NCBI GenBank assembly: GCA_051294375.1
Contig: JBJCIZ010000353.1
Location: 1 to 57,076, forward strand
DNA length: 57,076 nucleotides
DNA from: Paraspadella gotoi
Lineage: Eukaryota; Animalia; Chaetognatha
Direction: 5' to 3'
The first letter of the stretch is position 1. Each line of letters starts with the position of its first letter. This document shows positions 1 to 12,678 of the stretch, piece after piece. The translations under genes and the position numbers were made by a program. The notes beneath the pieces are model-generated. The model was not told where the DNA came from. It did not search any database and saw nothing but the letters and a program-made list of their open reading frames with translations.

Positions 1-38
1 GTTATTCGGTTAATCATCAACCGATTAAAAGGAACTAT

Positions 39-983
39 TTGACGATTAAGATGTTTCAAGTGGTTGAACTGTTGATTCTCGTAAACCGAATTTTTTCGAA
101 AAAGTTCGTACCCATGAAAAAACATTTTAGAAATGTTCAAAATGACTTTAGCACCCTGATTCACGATGAAAAGATAAACAATAGGGGTTGCATAACGGAT
201 ATGCAAGTACGGCGATACACCCAACAGAGACACAGACGTTTTAGCGAAATTGAGGATTTAAAAGAACTAACCGTTACTTGTGGAAATGAAGAAGAAGTGG
301 CGTATGAAAATAAAAGACTGATTATGGAACATCGAAAACAGTTTTTTAATGTGATTGACTTTGAAAACTTAAATATTAATTATTTAAAAAATCTTTTAAA
401 TTTATTAGAACCGGTTTTAATTACTGATTTAGAGTGTATAAAAAAAATGATTAGGACTTATAATTACGATGGTAAAGAAGAAGAAGCTCAATCAAAAAGA
501 GCGTTATTTTCACTTTTACTCGAAATGGGTTGTGAAATAAATAGATTTTGCGATATTTTTGTCAAGTATATTATAGCTACTCCTTTTTATGTTGCGATTA
601 AAACTACGCACACATTGAGTGAATATCAATTTAATTTACATCGATATTCCTCGCTTTTTTCTATCGAAAATTATAATAAACTTTTAAGAATTAAATTAAA
701 TTTTTCGAATGATATGGAAATGATTTGTAATTTTTGTTCTTTTTATAAATACGATGTAAGCACGAGAGAGAAATTGTGTGATTGCGTAGTTGGTGAGTCT
801 GAGGTTCAAGACTATTTTGATTTAGTATGTGATTTAAAGGATGCCAAAATTTTACCGCTTGAGGAAGAAAATATTGTGTTTTTTGACCCTGAAACTTTAA
901 TCGAATTTTATATACATCGTCGTCGTGAAAATGGTTTTTCTGAGATAGATACGGTAGATTATAATAACATTATATCAAACTAA
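39..983 (+). CDS. ORF-A, unknown protein upstream of pPolB (true start probably just before the window; copy 2 begins MAERDSS at about 10730)
   Basis: 314-aa open frame in AT-rich DNA, repeated in frameshifted form at about 10730-11718 and 18853-19900. No recognisable domain. Confidence 0.75.
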   Translation: MTIKMFQVVELLILVNRIFSKKFVPMKKHFRNVQNDFSTLIHDEKINNRGCITDMQVRRYTQQRHRRFSEIEDLKELTVTCGNEEEVAYENKRLIMEHRKQFFNVIDFENLNINYLKNLLNLLEPVLITDLECIKKMIRTYNYDGKEEEAQSKRALFSLLLEMGCEINRFCDIFVKYIIATPFYVAIKTTHTLSEYQFNLHRYSSLFSIENYNKLLRIKLNFSNDMEMICNFCSFYKYDVSTREKLCDCVVGESEVQDYFDLVCDLKDAKILPLEEENIVFFDPETLIEFYIHRRRENGFSEIDTVDYNNIISN

Positions 984-1049
984 TATTTTTTTTATATGTA
1001 AATATGTATATATCTGTTTTAGTTTTATTAACTCAATTTTTAAAAAAAA

Positions 1050-1805
1050 ATGAGTGACCAAGAAAACAAAAAACAAAAAACTGATCAAAGCCTCCGTGAT
1101 GATGATGATGATGGTGATGATGTAAATTTTTTGAGTTTAACTCAAAATGACGTGGACATGGACGACGCAATGGTGATTTCTAAATCGATGAATGGAGAAG
1201 AGGAAGAAGAGATGATCGTGGATGATTTAAAGGAGGGAGAAATGTGCGACAAGGCGGTTCGATCGACTTTTAAACTGTGCGAAAACTTGTTGATCTTGTT
1301 TGGAATTATGCAAACAACTTATCTCGATCTCATCACGTGCAAATCGCTTCCGATAGAAGAAACACACTGCATTCCTTGCGATTTGCTAGTTTTTATTAAC
1401 AAGTTTATGATAGAATTAATGCATTTGGAAAAAGAGTTTTACAACATCTTAAACTCTTTTCCTTATGACTTTGGGGAAATGAAAAAACAATTAATGGTGA
1501 TGGTAAAAAGGTTTAAAAATGAAAAATATCCTTTTGATAACCCGGATTTGCATAAACATTTTGTTCACGTAATTAAAATGAATTATGTATCTTTAACATT
1601 AAATCAAAAGAGATTAGATCATTTTAAGGTTATTTTAGAACATTTTTTTTTAAGTTACGTTTTTAATAAAGCTTTGAGATATATGGGTGAGGATTTTCAT
1701 CAAAATACGTTTTTTAAATTGGTTAATTATTTTAAAGACGTGGAAGACTGTTTAACACCGATAAATAATTATATTTACAGCATATTCATCTATATCAGAA
1801 ATTAA
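1050..1805 (+). CDS. ORF-B, unknown protein with an acidic N-terminus and a helical C-terminal part
   Basis: 251-aa ORF with ATG after an A-run (AAAAAAAAATG). Degenerate copies at about 11782-12500 and 19952-20690. Confidence 0.8.
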   Translation: MSDQENKKQKTDQSLRDDDDDGDDVNFLSLTQNDVDMDDAMVISKSMNGEEEEEMIVDDLKEGEMCDKAVRSTFKLCENLLILFGIMQTTYLDLITCKSLPIEETHCIPCDLLVFINKFMIELMHLEKEFYNILNSFPYDFGEMKKQLMVMVKRFKNEKYPFDNPDLHKHFVHVIKMNYVSLTLNQKRLDHFKVILEHFFLSYVFNKALRYMGEDFHQNTFFKLVNYFKDVEDCLTPINNYIYSIFIYIRN

Positions 1806-2038
1806 CATGATGATGCACGCAACAATAATATACTCGGTTGCCTCCTTCTCTCTTTTCTTCTTTTTTTTTTTGTTTGTCGCTTTGTTAAGTTTCAGGAAGT
1901 TAAAAAATTTTTTCCTTCTTTTATTTCCAACAGAGGAGAAAAAAAAAATAAGACGCATTGATATGTAATACGAAATTATTTTTTCAACGTTTTTATTGTT
2001 TTTGTAAATTTTTTTCTCAATCAATTCAGCCACAAAAT

Positions 2039-4345
2039 ATGGAACAGCAATGAACCTTAGATTTAAGCGCGAAGAAAAGAAGAAAGAAAAGAAAAAAATG
2101 ACTCTGACAAATCGAATTCGATTCGACGGTTGGGCCTCGGAGCCTCGACAAAACATCTTTTCAAGGATGCGAGTCGGCAGCGATAGCCTCAGCAGCCGCG
2201 AAGGTATTGACGAGCTTAATGTTGGCAGCTGCGAGAGTCAGGGACTTCGGCCCAGTTTTTGGGCCTTGCCCGGATTAAAAAAAAATAAAAAAAAACGGCG
2301 AATGGTTCAGCGTTGGACAAGGGGATGAGTGGATAAACAAAGATAAGGCACAAGCCAACGCAAACCGACCACCAGTAGAACGAACGAAGAAAAGAAAAGA
2401 GGAGGAGGAGGATAATAATAAATTGTTTTTTTGAGAATTTTGATATAGGGTTTTCAATCCTAACGTAAAAATTTAAAAAAAATACTTATTTCAAAGCATC
2501 TCTGCAATTAAGCATTTTACAGAACCTAACTCCGAAGACAATTCATCAACTTTCGCGGACGATTACTCGAACTCTTCCACTGTCTCAAATTTAAAAGAAA
2601 TCAGATTCAACACATCACTTGCCTTCCAACAAAACGTTTTCGGCATAAATATTTAACCATCAAATATCATCTAACTTTTTTGGTTCGTTTTCGAAAACTA
2701 ACTCAGTACTGGCGAGGTTAGTCACGTGGCTTTTTATTTTCGAAAACGCCCACACGTCGCCCTTGTTCTCATGCAAGGATCAAACTTGGACGAAAGTCTT
2801 GAAAAAACAATGTCTCGAGTCTCGATTTTGACGCAAGATAAGGTCGATGCTGGGAGCAATTTAGTTTTTGATTCTATATTAAAAACGGATTTAACTATCA
2901 TTAAAGTGGCGAATCAAGGGTTTCTGATTGGTTGTTTTAAAGTTACGGATCCCGTTATTCTCGCTAAAAGGGCCACAATTAACGTTAAAATGAAAGACGA
3001 TAAAGACAGCTGCGTTTTATATTCTATATTAGCGGGATTGTTTCATACTAAAAATAGTTTAAATAAAAACAGAAAAGGAGGTTATAATCGTTTTTTACCG
3101 AGTGTAGAAATGGGTCATTTGACTGGACCCTTGACTATCGATGACATCGTGGAGATTGAAAATCGAAATTCTTGGTTGGCAATTAACATTTATCAATACA
3201 CTAAAAAGAGAAATAAAAGAAAGAAGAAAGGAAAAAAGAAAGAAAAGAAAGTCGCTCGCAAACTGATTTTTTTTCCCTATCGAATCTCTAGAAGAAATGA
3301 GAACTCGGGAATATCTATCGTAAATCTTTTGTTGCTCCCAATGAAAAGCGGGGAAAAAATACGTCACGTGATTACGATAACAAATCTCGCTCGTCTCGTG
3401 ACGTCTCACTACAGTCGCGATAGTCATAAGTTATTAGTTTGTTATTATTGCTTGATGGGTTTTAAAACGCAAGAATTACTCAAAAAACATAAACGTTTAT
3501 GTCGGGAACACGAGATCGAGCAAGCTATAAATTTTTCACCAGAAAATTCTACTTTGTCTTTTAATTGTTTTGAAGCGAAACTGTACAGACGGATCATCGT
3601 GTTTGCCGATTTTGAGACCGAGAGAGGATGCAAAGCTTTTGTTTCTCCCCAACCCGAACCTGCCTTAAAATCAGTGCCGATTGAGATTAAAGAAAAGTTT
3701 CCTTGGCTCAAAACTTTGAAAGAAATTGGTCACGTGCGTAAATGTAAAGTCTGTAGCTTTTTAAAACCATGTCCTAAACTTTTTGCTTCGCTTCAAAAAG
3801 AGTGTGAGCTAAATCCTATCGCCTATTCTTACATAGTTTCGGCAAACTTTTCTCACCCAGATTTTAATCAAGTTCGCTATTATTTTGGAAAAGATTCGGC
3901 TACACACTTTTGCAATGCTATGAGAAATGAAATGCAAAAAATTTACCAAGTTTTATTTGCTAATCCATATCCATTGCACATGACTGATGCGGATGAGAGA
4001 GCTTTTCAAATGACCACTCGATGTTTTATCTGCGATAAGCTTTTTACCAAATCAGACCCCGGATGTAGGGATCATGATCACTTCTTACCTCCGCCTTCTA
4101 ATTATAGAGGGAAAAGCTGTTCGTCTTGTAATTTAAAATATTTTGAGAGTAAAGTAATACCAATTTACTTACATAATCTCGATAAATTTGACGAGCATCT
4201 AATTATTCAAGGATTGGCATTAAATAATGCACACGGAGCCTTAAAAAAAATAAATCACGTTTTATCTAAAAGCTCTCAAGAAATAATAACTTTTGAAACT
4301 ATCTGGCGTTGTGTTTACTGCCAAAATAAATATCTGAAAAAGGGA
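2039..4345 (+). CDS. pPolB N-terminal part, copy 1: terminal-protein/OTU-like region, Zn finger, ExoI, endonuclease VII/HNH-like insert, ExoII; frameshifted before 2726, truncated at about 4345
   Basis: DDKDSCVLYSILAGL, INIY, VNLLLL and CYYC..H...C match the Polinton pPolB N-terminus. ExoI is IIVFADFET, the EndoVII-like segment is CFIC...RDHDHF...YRGKSCSSCNL, and ExoII is YLHNLDKFDEHLI. Confidence 0.92.
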
Positions 4346-5778
4346 AAAAGGAGCGATGAACTTGCTTTTGCCTGGAGACGATAGGAGTGGAGCAATAGGG
4401 ACGAACTCCGGCGCAGGAAGGCGAAACCTGGATCTGGACTCACGGAGCGGACGCTCCGTGGTGTGGAGGCGTTTCGTCGTTGGCGGATGGCGAGGAGGGG
4501 AATTTCGTTTAATCCGATCCTCTCTTCTCAGCATCAAGATTCGAGTCTCCGACTAAACTCGATCCATAAAAGGCCAAAGACGAATTAAATAGTTTGTAAA
4601 GTATTTAAACGCGATCTAGTTTAAACGAAAAAAGACATTTGTTATTAAATTGACAAAAATGTTTTTTTGGATAAAAATGTAGTAAGTATTAGCGACGTTA
4701 CCGATGATGATAAACTTTTTGATAAATGTTAAATTGTCAATTTTAGCAATGTTTCATGGTGTTAAATTAGAATTAAATCTGTAAATTTGTACGAGATGAA
4801 TACAACATTCTTTCTTAGGATTTTTATTGCTAGTTTGTGCCGCGATATTATATATTAAAATATATCGGATTAATAATTTTAATAAAAGTTTTCCATTTTT
4901 TCAATTTAAAGTTTCCCCACAAATCGGTGAATTCGTGTCTGCTCACTCAAAATGAATCTGCTTCTAACTCATTTCAACCAAAATCAAGAACTCGTAAGAA
5001 GATGTAGTTATGAAATTATTTATTTGACTTGTTGATTCAAAGTTTTTAATTAGGAATTATGAACAACTATTCATCTTTATTAGTGACTCTGATTTTGTTT
5101 TGGTTATTCATGAATGTTTTATGCGCGCCTCTCACGCTTAAAGCTAAAGAGTAACAATTGCCATAATTGATTTGTTTATGTAACTAAAAAGATGTTACGT
5201 TAGCCTTTTTTGTGACAGTGTCTGTATTCCTGTAATGAAATATCATATAAACTATCATCGTAATAACTACTAATTGTGATATTGGTTGCGGAATCAATAA
5301 CTATTGTAACGTCGAATCTTGTTTTGTTTACTTATTCTTTGTTATATAATCATCGTGTTTTATTTCTTAGGTTAGGATATGATAAGACCGTAGAGAGTAC
5401 AGAAAACCGCGGAGAAACGGATAATGTTGAAAAACGTTACGTCCGGGTTAAGTCACATACGTACGAACGTGGTCCGATTTCAAAACACTTTGTCTTTGTT
5501 TATTTCTTTCTCGCTATCATCTATCTCTCTTTTGAATTTTTCTCTCGCTATCTCCTCTCTCTTTTATTTGACTTGCGAACTCGTGTTGAAGTCGAGATAA
5601 GAGATCTTGAGACTTTTTTTGACTTGATCTTTTGTTACATTAATGAGTAAGCATCATCTCGAACCAAGTCATAATTATATTATCTTTTGTTTAATTTTAC
5701 CATTTCTTTGACTCGAAATTATGCTTTTAAGCTACAATCTCTTAATTACTCTCTTTCTCTCTCCTCTCTTCTCTCCTT

Positions 5779-5812
<34 letters not shown>

Positions 5813-6199
5813 TGTCTCGATCTTCTCTCTGTGCAACTTGTGCACGAAGTCCGGATTTTTGAAAATGAGAATTTGAGGATTTGAGTAAATACAACATTAA
5901 ACCATTTTGATGTCAATCGTATCTAGAAGCTTTTTACATGCTTATCAGCGATGTTTGATTTGAAATTTACATAGTAGTTACTTTTTGATTCTAATTAAAC
6001 AACTACAGATAAATAATCGTTAAGAAAAGAAGTATATTAATTATAAAAAAACAATGACAAAAATTAAATTGATTACATTAAAATATATACAATTATTAAA
6101 AATTAGCAGCAGCGTAAAAAAACTCAGTGATTTTATTAATAAAAATAAGGAAAAATTTTTAACATTATAAGGGAAATATTAATTAAACGATTTAGAGAA

Positions 6200-7760
6200 G
6201 AATTAAGTTAAGAGGAGCTGGTAAGTGTCAAAAGCACATCGTCATCATCTTCGTTAATTCTTCTGCCTAAATCGTTTAATCATATTTCCTTTTAATTAAT
6301 TTGGCTAATCGGGGGTTTTTTGATGCTGGCTAATTTTTTTTGGGGGTAAAGGGTACAAAGATGAAACATTTGACTTTACATTGTTATGGGTGCATAGGGG
6401 TCGGGGAAATCATATTCTTCTCGGTTCTCCTCTTCTCTTTTCAATTAAAATATTTTGACGATTTTAATGTCTTATTTCTCTTACATTTTCTCTTACCATT
6501 TTTAAAAATAATAATAATAAAACTAATAAATAACAATTAAAATCAGTCAAATTAACCGCTAAGAAGAGTTAGTATTCCACATGCAGAATGTTTTGACAGC
6601 AGTGGGATGGAGTAGGAGTGAGGAATTTGGCTTCTGAGGTCGCCTGGAGCCGATGACGTCGCCTGGGGTCGAGCATCGAGACTTGTTTTGTTTACCGGCG
6701 ACGCATAAACTGCGCAGCCTCAGACGATAGGTGATGAAATCGTTGTACGTTTGACTCCAGGGAAACGGGTCGCTCGACCGGTGTGGAGTGCAGTTCTTTC
6801 TTTTGCACCCTGGAGACTTTTGGACGCCGAGGGCTGAGGTGCTGTAGATAAGGCCAGGAGACTTTGGCGCGGCTGTGTACGCACCGTCGTGGCTCAACGG
6901 CCGCTTCGACGAATTTATCATTGGCGACTGAATCTGGCGCGGAGCGTGTGCTGCTCAACGGCGCGGAAGAGAAATTGCGCATGTGATTAAATTGATTGGG
7001 TCGGAGAACTTTGGGACGCCGGAGGGTGCTGCTTAACGGCGCCGACAGACCTTGAGTTGCTATCTAGTGAATCATTGGCGACGCCGGATGCGGCATGTGC
7101 TCAACGGCGCCACGAAGAACTTGGCGACCGAGCGGATCTAACGGCCAGCGGATGTGCTCAAAACGGCCGAGCTCGCAGCTTTGAGTAGGGATTTGGGACG
7201 AACGGATGGCTTTCTGCGCGACGGAGACGAGTTTACTCTTCCGGCGTCAAAACGCTTCGACTCGCAGAAGTGTATGTTGCCGAGCGAGCAGTTGTGGTTC
7301 GAACGGCGCCGGAGAGGGATGTATATAACACGTAGATGAGAGCTGACGCGTGAGCTACATTAACGGCGTCCGAGCTTGATGACGAAGGCGCGCTTGTGTT
7401 CGGGACTGTCGTTCGTCGTCCCATGACGACGTCGCCGATGATCTCTTTTTTTAATAATTCATTGCGGTAAACAAGGGGTTAATCGGGACAGAATGAGAAT
7501 ATGGATGATAAACTGCGGAGGGGAATTTGATTAACAACCGTATAAGAGGTATAAATTGGGGGAAGATGGGCACAGTGGGGGGAAGGTGAATATGAAAGAT
7601 GGAGGGGATGAGTAAGGTATAATGGTAAGCTGTATTGTTAATACGGGACTACTGGGGTGTTTTGGTTAAAAATAAATCCAGGGTTTGTATTGGAATGGAT
7701 TTTGAATTTCATCATTGGAGTCATAAGCGGAATCGGAGTCTGAATCATGATTGAAGATAT
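6200..7760 (-). pseudogene. One or two badly frameshifted accessory genes (Pro-rich and GC-rich repeat-containing segments)
   Basis: GC-rich island at 6560-7440 with recurrent GCTCAACGGCGC-like motifs and short coding-like stretches on the - strand (e.g. HDSDSDSAYDSNDEIQNPFQYKP near 7750). No continuous frame. Confidence 0.3.
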
Positions 7761-8874
7761 GAAAAATTTTATTGTTAGAAAAATGATATAGACAAAAAGT
7801 GAAAACGAGTAGAGAAGAAAAATAACAATGAAAAGAGACTCATTTCATCTTGTTTGTTTTTTAGATAAAAAAAAAACTTTTTGGTATTTCATTTTTTATT
7901 TTTAAAAAATAAAAAACTGGTTATACATCATTTATAAAATTATAATAATGTTTACTTACTTTATTTGAGTCGTATTTTTTTTTGAATGGTGCCGTAAAAT
8001 GATTACTTTTTCGAGATTAATATGACTCGAAGTAAGAGAAAAAGAAAGACAAGCAAAAAAGTAAAATGCATTTTTATTATTAGAAAATGAATGAAGAGAG
8101 AAGGAGAGAGAGAGAAATAGAGAGAAAAAAAGTTACGGTAGGGTTCAGGGTTTAAGTTAGGTGAAGAAAGAAAAGGCAGAAGGAAGCAGACCCGTTGGAC
8201 AAGAGCAAAGTAAGAAAATAAATGAGATGAGATAAAGATTTCCACAAATGAATGATGAAACTTAAAATATTAAAAAATTGGAAACTTCTTATCTATTTTT
8301 TGTGTGATTTAAGATATGACGAAAAGACTCTCTCAAAATTCTTCTTGTTTTTTTAATACTAAAAAATAGATTAAGAAAAACTCTTTTTTATTATTATTAA
8401 AGATAACTTGTTTTAACAAATAATTAATTAAACGTAGGTAAATACTGTAGTGAGAACAAACTTACTTTTGATGACGTAAATGATTTTGTTTATTTTAAGC
8501 GGAATGAAGCGGGAAGTCGAAAGGGTTACTATATATATTTAATTAATAACTATATAAAGAAAAAAGAAAGAAAATTGAGTTTAATTTTTAGTTGTATATA
8601 GATATATAAATAAGGAAAAATATGAGAGCTGAAAGAAAAGATGCCTAAAAAAATAAAGAGACAAAGACGCAAAGAAAATGTAACGCCTTTTTTATTTTTT
8701 TTGTTTATTTCAAGATCTTTACCGGGAAAAATTTTTTTTTGTCATGGTCGTTGTTGTTGTCTAATGCACTTATCGATATAAATGGTAAAAAGATTTTTTG
8801 AATTGATAAGGATTGTTCACAATTTGCCGGGTTAACACTCCCCTAGGACCCTAGCGCCCACTTATATTATACAG

Positions 8875-8885
8875 GTATAAAATAA
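8875..8885 (+). promoter_or_regulatory. Candidate TATA box for the RING gene
   Basis: GGTATAAAATA lies about 70 nt upstream of CAAAATG (8946). The surrounding DNA is AT-rich, so the evidence is weak. Confidence 0.3.
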
Positions 8886-8945
8886 ATTCAATTTTTTTCA
8901 GCTCTATCTGCGCGCCGCACCAGAAAAACTTTTTTTACCTTCAAA

Positions 8946-10400
8946 ATGAACGGAGAACACATTTGCATTTGTAACGATGCTGCCATTTAAGGTTTTATAG
9001 ACTAATAACGTTGCATTGGATGCGTTCAAGGTTTGAAGAGTTAATTGATAAATATATAAATTTATTTTTTGAATAATTTAAATTATATAAACTGTTTTGC
9101 AGGACATTTATATTGTAAGGAATGCATTGATAATATACAAATTATTCAACGGACAATATCTCTTGTGTCCCTTTGTAAAACACACCTTTTGAAAAGGTGT
9201 GTAAAAACTGCTGGAGTTTTGTCTATCAACTAAGTTATAATCACGAAGTTGAGGATTGCTCAGAGTATATCGCCCAGTTAAAAAAGAGAATAAAGATTTG
9301 AGGTAATTAAAACAAATTATTATATAATTGATAGGTTAAATATTATTTGGTTATATTTTTTTAAATTAATAATCTTTAAGAAAAAATTGGAAAGAATTTT
9401 TCAACGACAAAAAGAAAAGAGATCAGTTTGAAAAAACGCTATCGCCGAGAAAAGGATAGGATAAGAATTCTAACAAAAGGTAAGAAAAAAGTTATATGAA
9501 AGTTATGGTTAAAACTTTAAAAAAAAATATCTTTTGTTTATTTTATTTTATTTTTATTTATTTATTTATTTATTAATATTTAAAAAAATAGCGATGAATA
9601 TTATATATATATATTTTTTTAAAAAAGACGGGCGAAGACTTGGAGGAGACGAGTCTGAATCGTTTCAAATGGTTCGTCCTTTCCTCAACTTCGGAGCTCA
9701 AACACATAACACCATCAGCTTCGTCAGAGAGTCAAATCCATCGTTAATTGAAGTAAGATGGGGTTTAAGGGGTTTTTTTTTAAAAAAATTGCAAATGAAG
9801 ATAGGTTTTTTAATGTGTCTTTAAAAAAACAGATATGACAATGCATCCGTCGGGGAAACGAGTGATTGATTTCTCACAAGCGCGAGGAATCAGGTATAAT
9901 TTTAAAATGATATTTGATTAAAATAGTTATACGATAAGATAAGCTTTTTTGTTTTTTGAATTTTGTAGCTCGGTGGTTAAAACATTATCACAATATTGCT
10001 CTTGTTCACATACAAAAAACCGAGGGATATTTCAAGTTCAAGGAACGTTTGTGGGTCTGGTTCGTCTGGAGCGCTGCAAAAAGCTTCTGGTCCGCTTAAG
10101 CTTTTGGTTCTCTCACGAAGAAGCGGCCATCGTTGAGATGTGGGAGCAGGGGGACTTAAAATCAAATTTTGAAAAAACAATCTTTGGCCTTATCAAGTAG
10201 ATTCGTTCGCGAATTAAATACCAATTTCTGAGCATTTGCTTACGCCTATTGCGTTTTTCGTCCTCAACCTCGGCGGTTGCCAAGGCGACGATTCACTAAA
10301 ACCAGTAATTTACGAGGGTCATAGTAGCACATTGTTTTTTTTGTTCTCCGGTTTGCTATGGATTATCCTTGACATAAAGAGCTGATTTTCTTCTCCGATT
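8946..10400 (+). CDS. Spliced RING-finger/coiled-coil protein (putative E3 ubiquitin ligase); sequence degraded by indels
   Basis: After the acceptor ttttgcag at 9102 the frame reads (G)HLYCKECIDNIQ...CPxCK, and the first exon begins MNGEHICIC. Further GT-AG-bounded exons lie at about 9380-9479, 9628-9751, 9833-9893 and from 9969. Confidence 0.6.
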
Positions 10401-10729
10401 TTTTTCGTTTGAATTATAAAGGAATTAAATTGAAATTGCTTTAGAATTTCTTTTAAAAAAAATATTATTTTTTTTTGAGAAAAAATTTAATTATGAGAAA
10501 TTGATTGATTGATTTGATTTTGTTTTTGGGAATATTTGTTATGGGAATATTTTATTATGGGAATGTGATTATGGGATGTGATTAAAATCTGTATTAATTT
10601 TTTTAATTATAAAAATGACAACTAATCATTACGCAATTATTTAACTTCTTAATAATTTATATTACAAAACCTAATTAAATATTTTTTGATCAAATGAATT
10701 TTATCATATTTTTAGATTTTAAAAAAAAA

Positions 10730-12653
10730 ATGGCTGAAAGAGACTCAAGCATTGAGGGGGTTATTCCGGTTATAATCAACCGATTAAAAGGAACTTATTT
10801 ACGATAAGATGTTTCAAGTGGTTGAACTGTTGATCTCGTAAACCGATTTTTTTCGAAAAAGTTCGTACCCATGAGAAAAACATTTTTGAAATGTCAAAAT
10901 GACTTAGCCCTGATTCACGATGAAAGATAAACAATAGGGGTTTGCATAACGATATGCAAGTACGGCGATACACCCAACAGAGACACAGACGTTTTAGCGA
11001 AATTGAGGATTTAAAAGAACTAAACCGTTCTTGTGAAATGAAGAAGAAGTGGCGTATGAAATAAGACTGATTATGGAACATCGAAAACAGTTTTTTAATG
11101 TGATTGACTTTGAAAACTTAAATATTAATTTTAAAAAATTTTTAAATTTATTAGACGGTTTTAATTACTGATTTAGAGTGTATAAAAAAAATGATTAGAA
11201 CTTATAATTACGATGGTAAAGAAGAAGAAGCTCAATCAAAAAAGAGCGTTATTTTACTTTTACTCGAAATGGGTTTGAAATAAATAGATTTTGGCGATAT
11301 TTTTGTAAGTAATATAGTATATCACCTTTTTATAGTTGGATTAAACTACGCAAACATTGAGTAATATCAATTTTAATTTCATCGATATTCGTCGCTTTTT
11401 TCTATCGAAATTTATAATAAAACTTTAAAAATTAATTAAATTTTTCGAATGATATGGAAATGATTTGATTTTTGTTCTTTTATAATACGATAGACACGAG
11501 AGAGAAATTGTGTGATTGCGTAGTTGGTGAGCTGAGGTTCAAAGAATTATTTTGATTTAGTTGTGAATTTAAGGATGCCAAAAATTTTACCGTCTGAGGA
11601 AGAAATATTGTGTTTTTTTGACCCTGAAATTTAATCGAATTTTATATACCATCGTAGTCGTTGAAAATGTTTTTTCTGAGATAGATAGGTAGATTTAATA
11701 ACATTATTATCAAACTAATATTTTTTTATATGTAATATGTAGATATCCTGTTTTTAGTTTTATTAACTCATTTTAAAAAAAATGAGTGACCAAGAAAAAA
11801 AAACAAAAACTGATCAAGCTCGTGATGATGATATGATGTGATGATGTAATTTTTGAGTTTAACTCAAAATGACGTGGACATGGACGAGCTGTGATTTCTA
11901 ATCGATGAATTGGAAAGAGGAAAAGATGATCAGGATGATTTAAAGGAGGGAGAAATGTGCGCCAAGGCGTTCGACGCTTTTAACTGTGCGAAACTTGTTG
12001 ATCTTGTTTGGAATATTGCAAACAAACTTATCTCGATCTCATACGTGCAAATCGGTTCGATTGAAAAACACCATGCATTCTTGCCGATTTGCAGTTTTTT
12101 AACAAGTTTATGATAGAATTATGCATTTGAAAAAGAGTTTTACAACATCTAAACTCTTTTCCTTATGACTTGGGGAAATGAAAAACAATTATGGTTGATG
12201 GTTAAAAGGTTTAAAAAATGGAAAAAATATCCTTTTGATTAACCCGGATTTGCATAAATCTTGGTTAGTATTAAAAATGAATATATATCTTAAGGCATTA
12301 AACAAACGAATTGATCATTTTAAGAGTTATTTTTAGAATTTTTTTGAAGTTAGTTTTAATAAAACTTTGAGAGTATATGGGTGAGGATTTTCATCATAAA
12401 ATAGTTTTTAAATTGGTTTAATTTATTTAAGAGTGGAAGACTGTTTAAACACGATAAATAATTATATTTACAGTAATTCATTATATCAGAAATTAATGAT
12501 ATGCAGAAAATATTACACTGGTTCTGTTAGTTTAGCAAAGTTAAAAATTTCTTCTGTTTATTTCCAACAGAGGAGTAAAAAAATAATAACATTGAATTGT
12601 ATACGAATATTATTTTTTTCACTTTTTTTGTTTTTAATTTTTTTAATAATCTG
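10730..12653 (+). repeat. Degenerate copy 2 of ORF-A/ORF-B
   Basis: Collinear with 1-2030 but with dense 1-nt indels. Confidence 0.93.
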
Positions 12654-12678
12654 NNNNNNNNNNNNNNNNNNNNNNNNN
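12654..12678. other. Assembly gap (25 N)
   Basis: Run of N. Confidence 1.

Noticed and set aside
4346-5220. Possible gene or element terminus after truncated pPolB copy 1
   Set aside because: No recognisable motif, terminal repeat or match elsewhere; likely low-quality or flanking sequence.
10730-10770. Adenain site IEGG at the ORF-A N-terminus
   Set aside because: Read only from degraded copies that disagree in the G-run.
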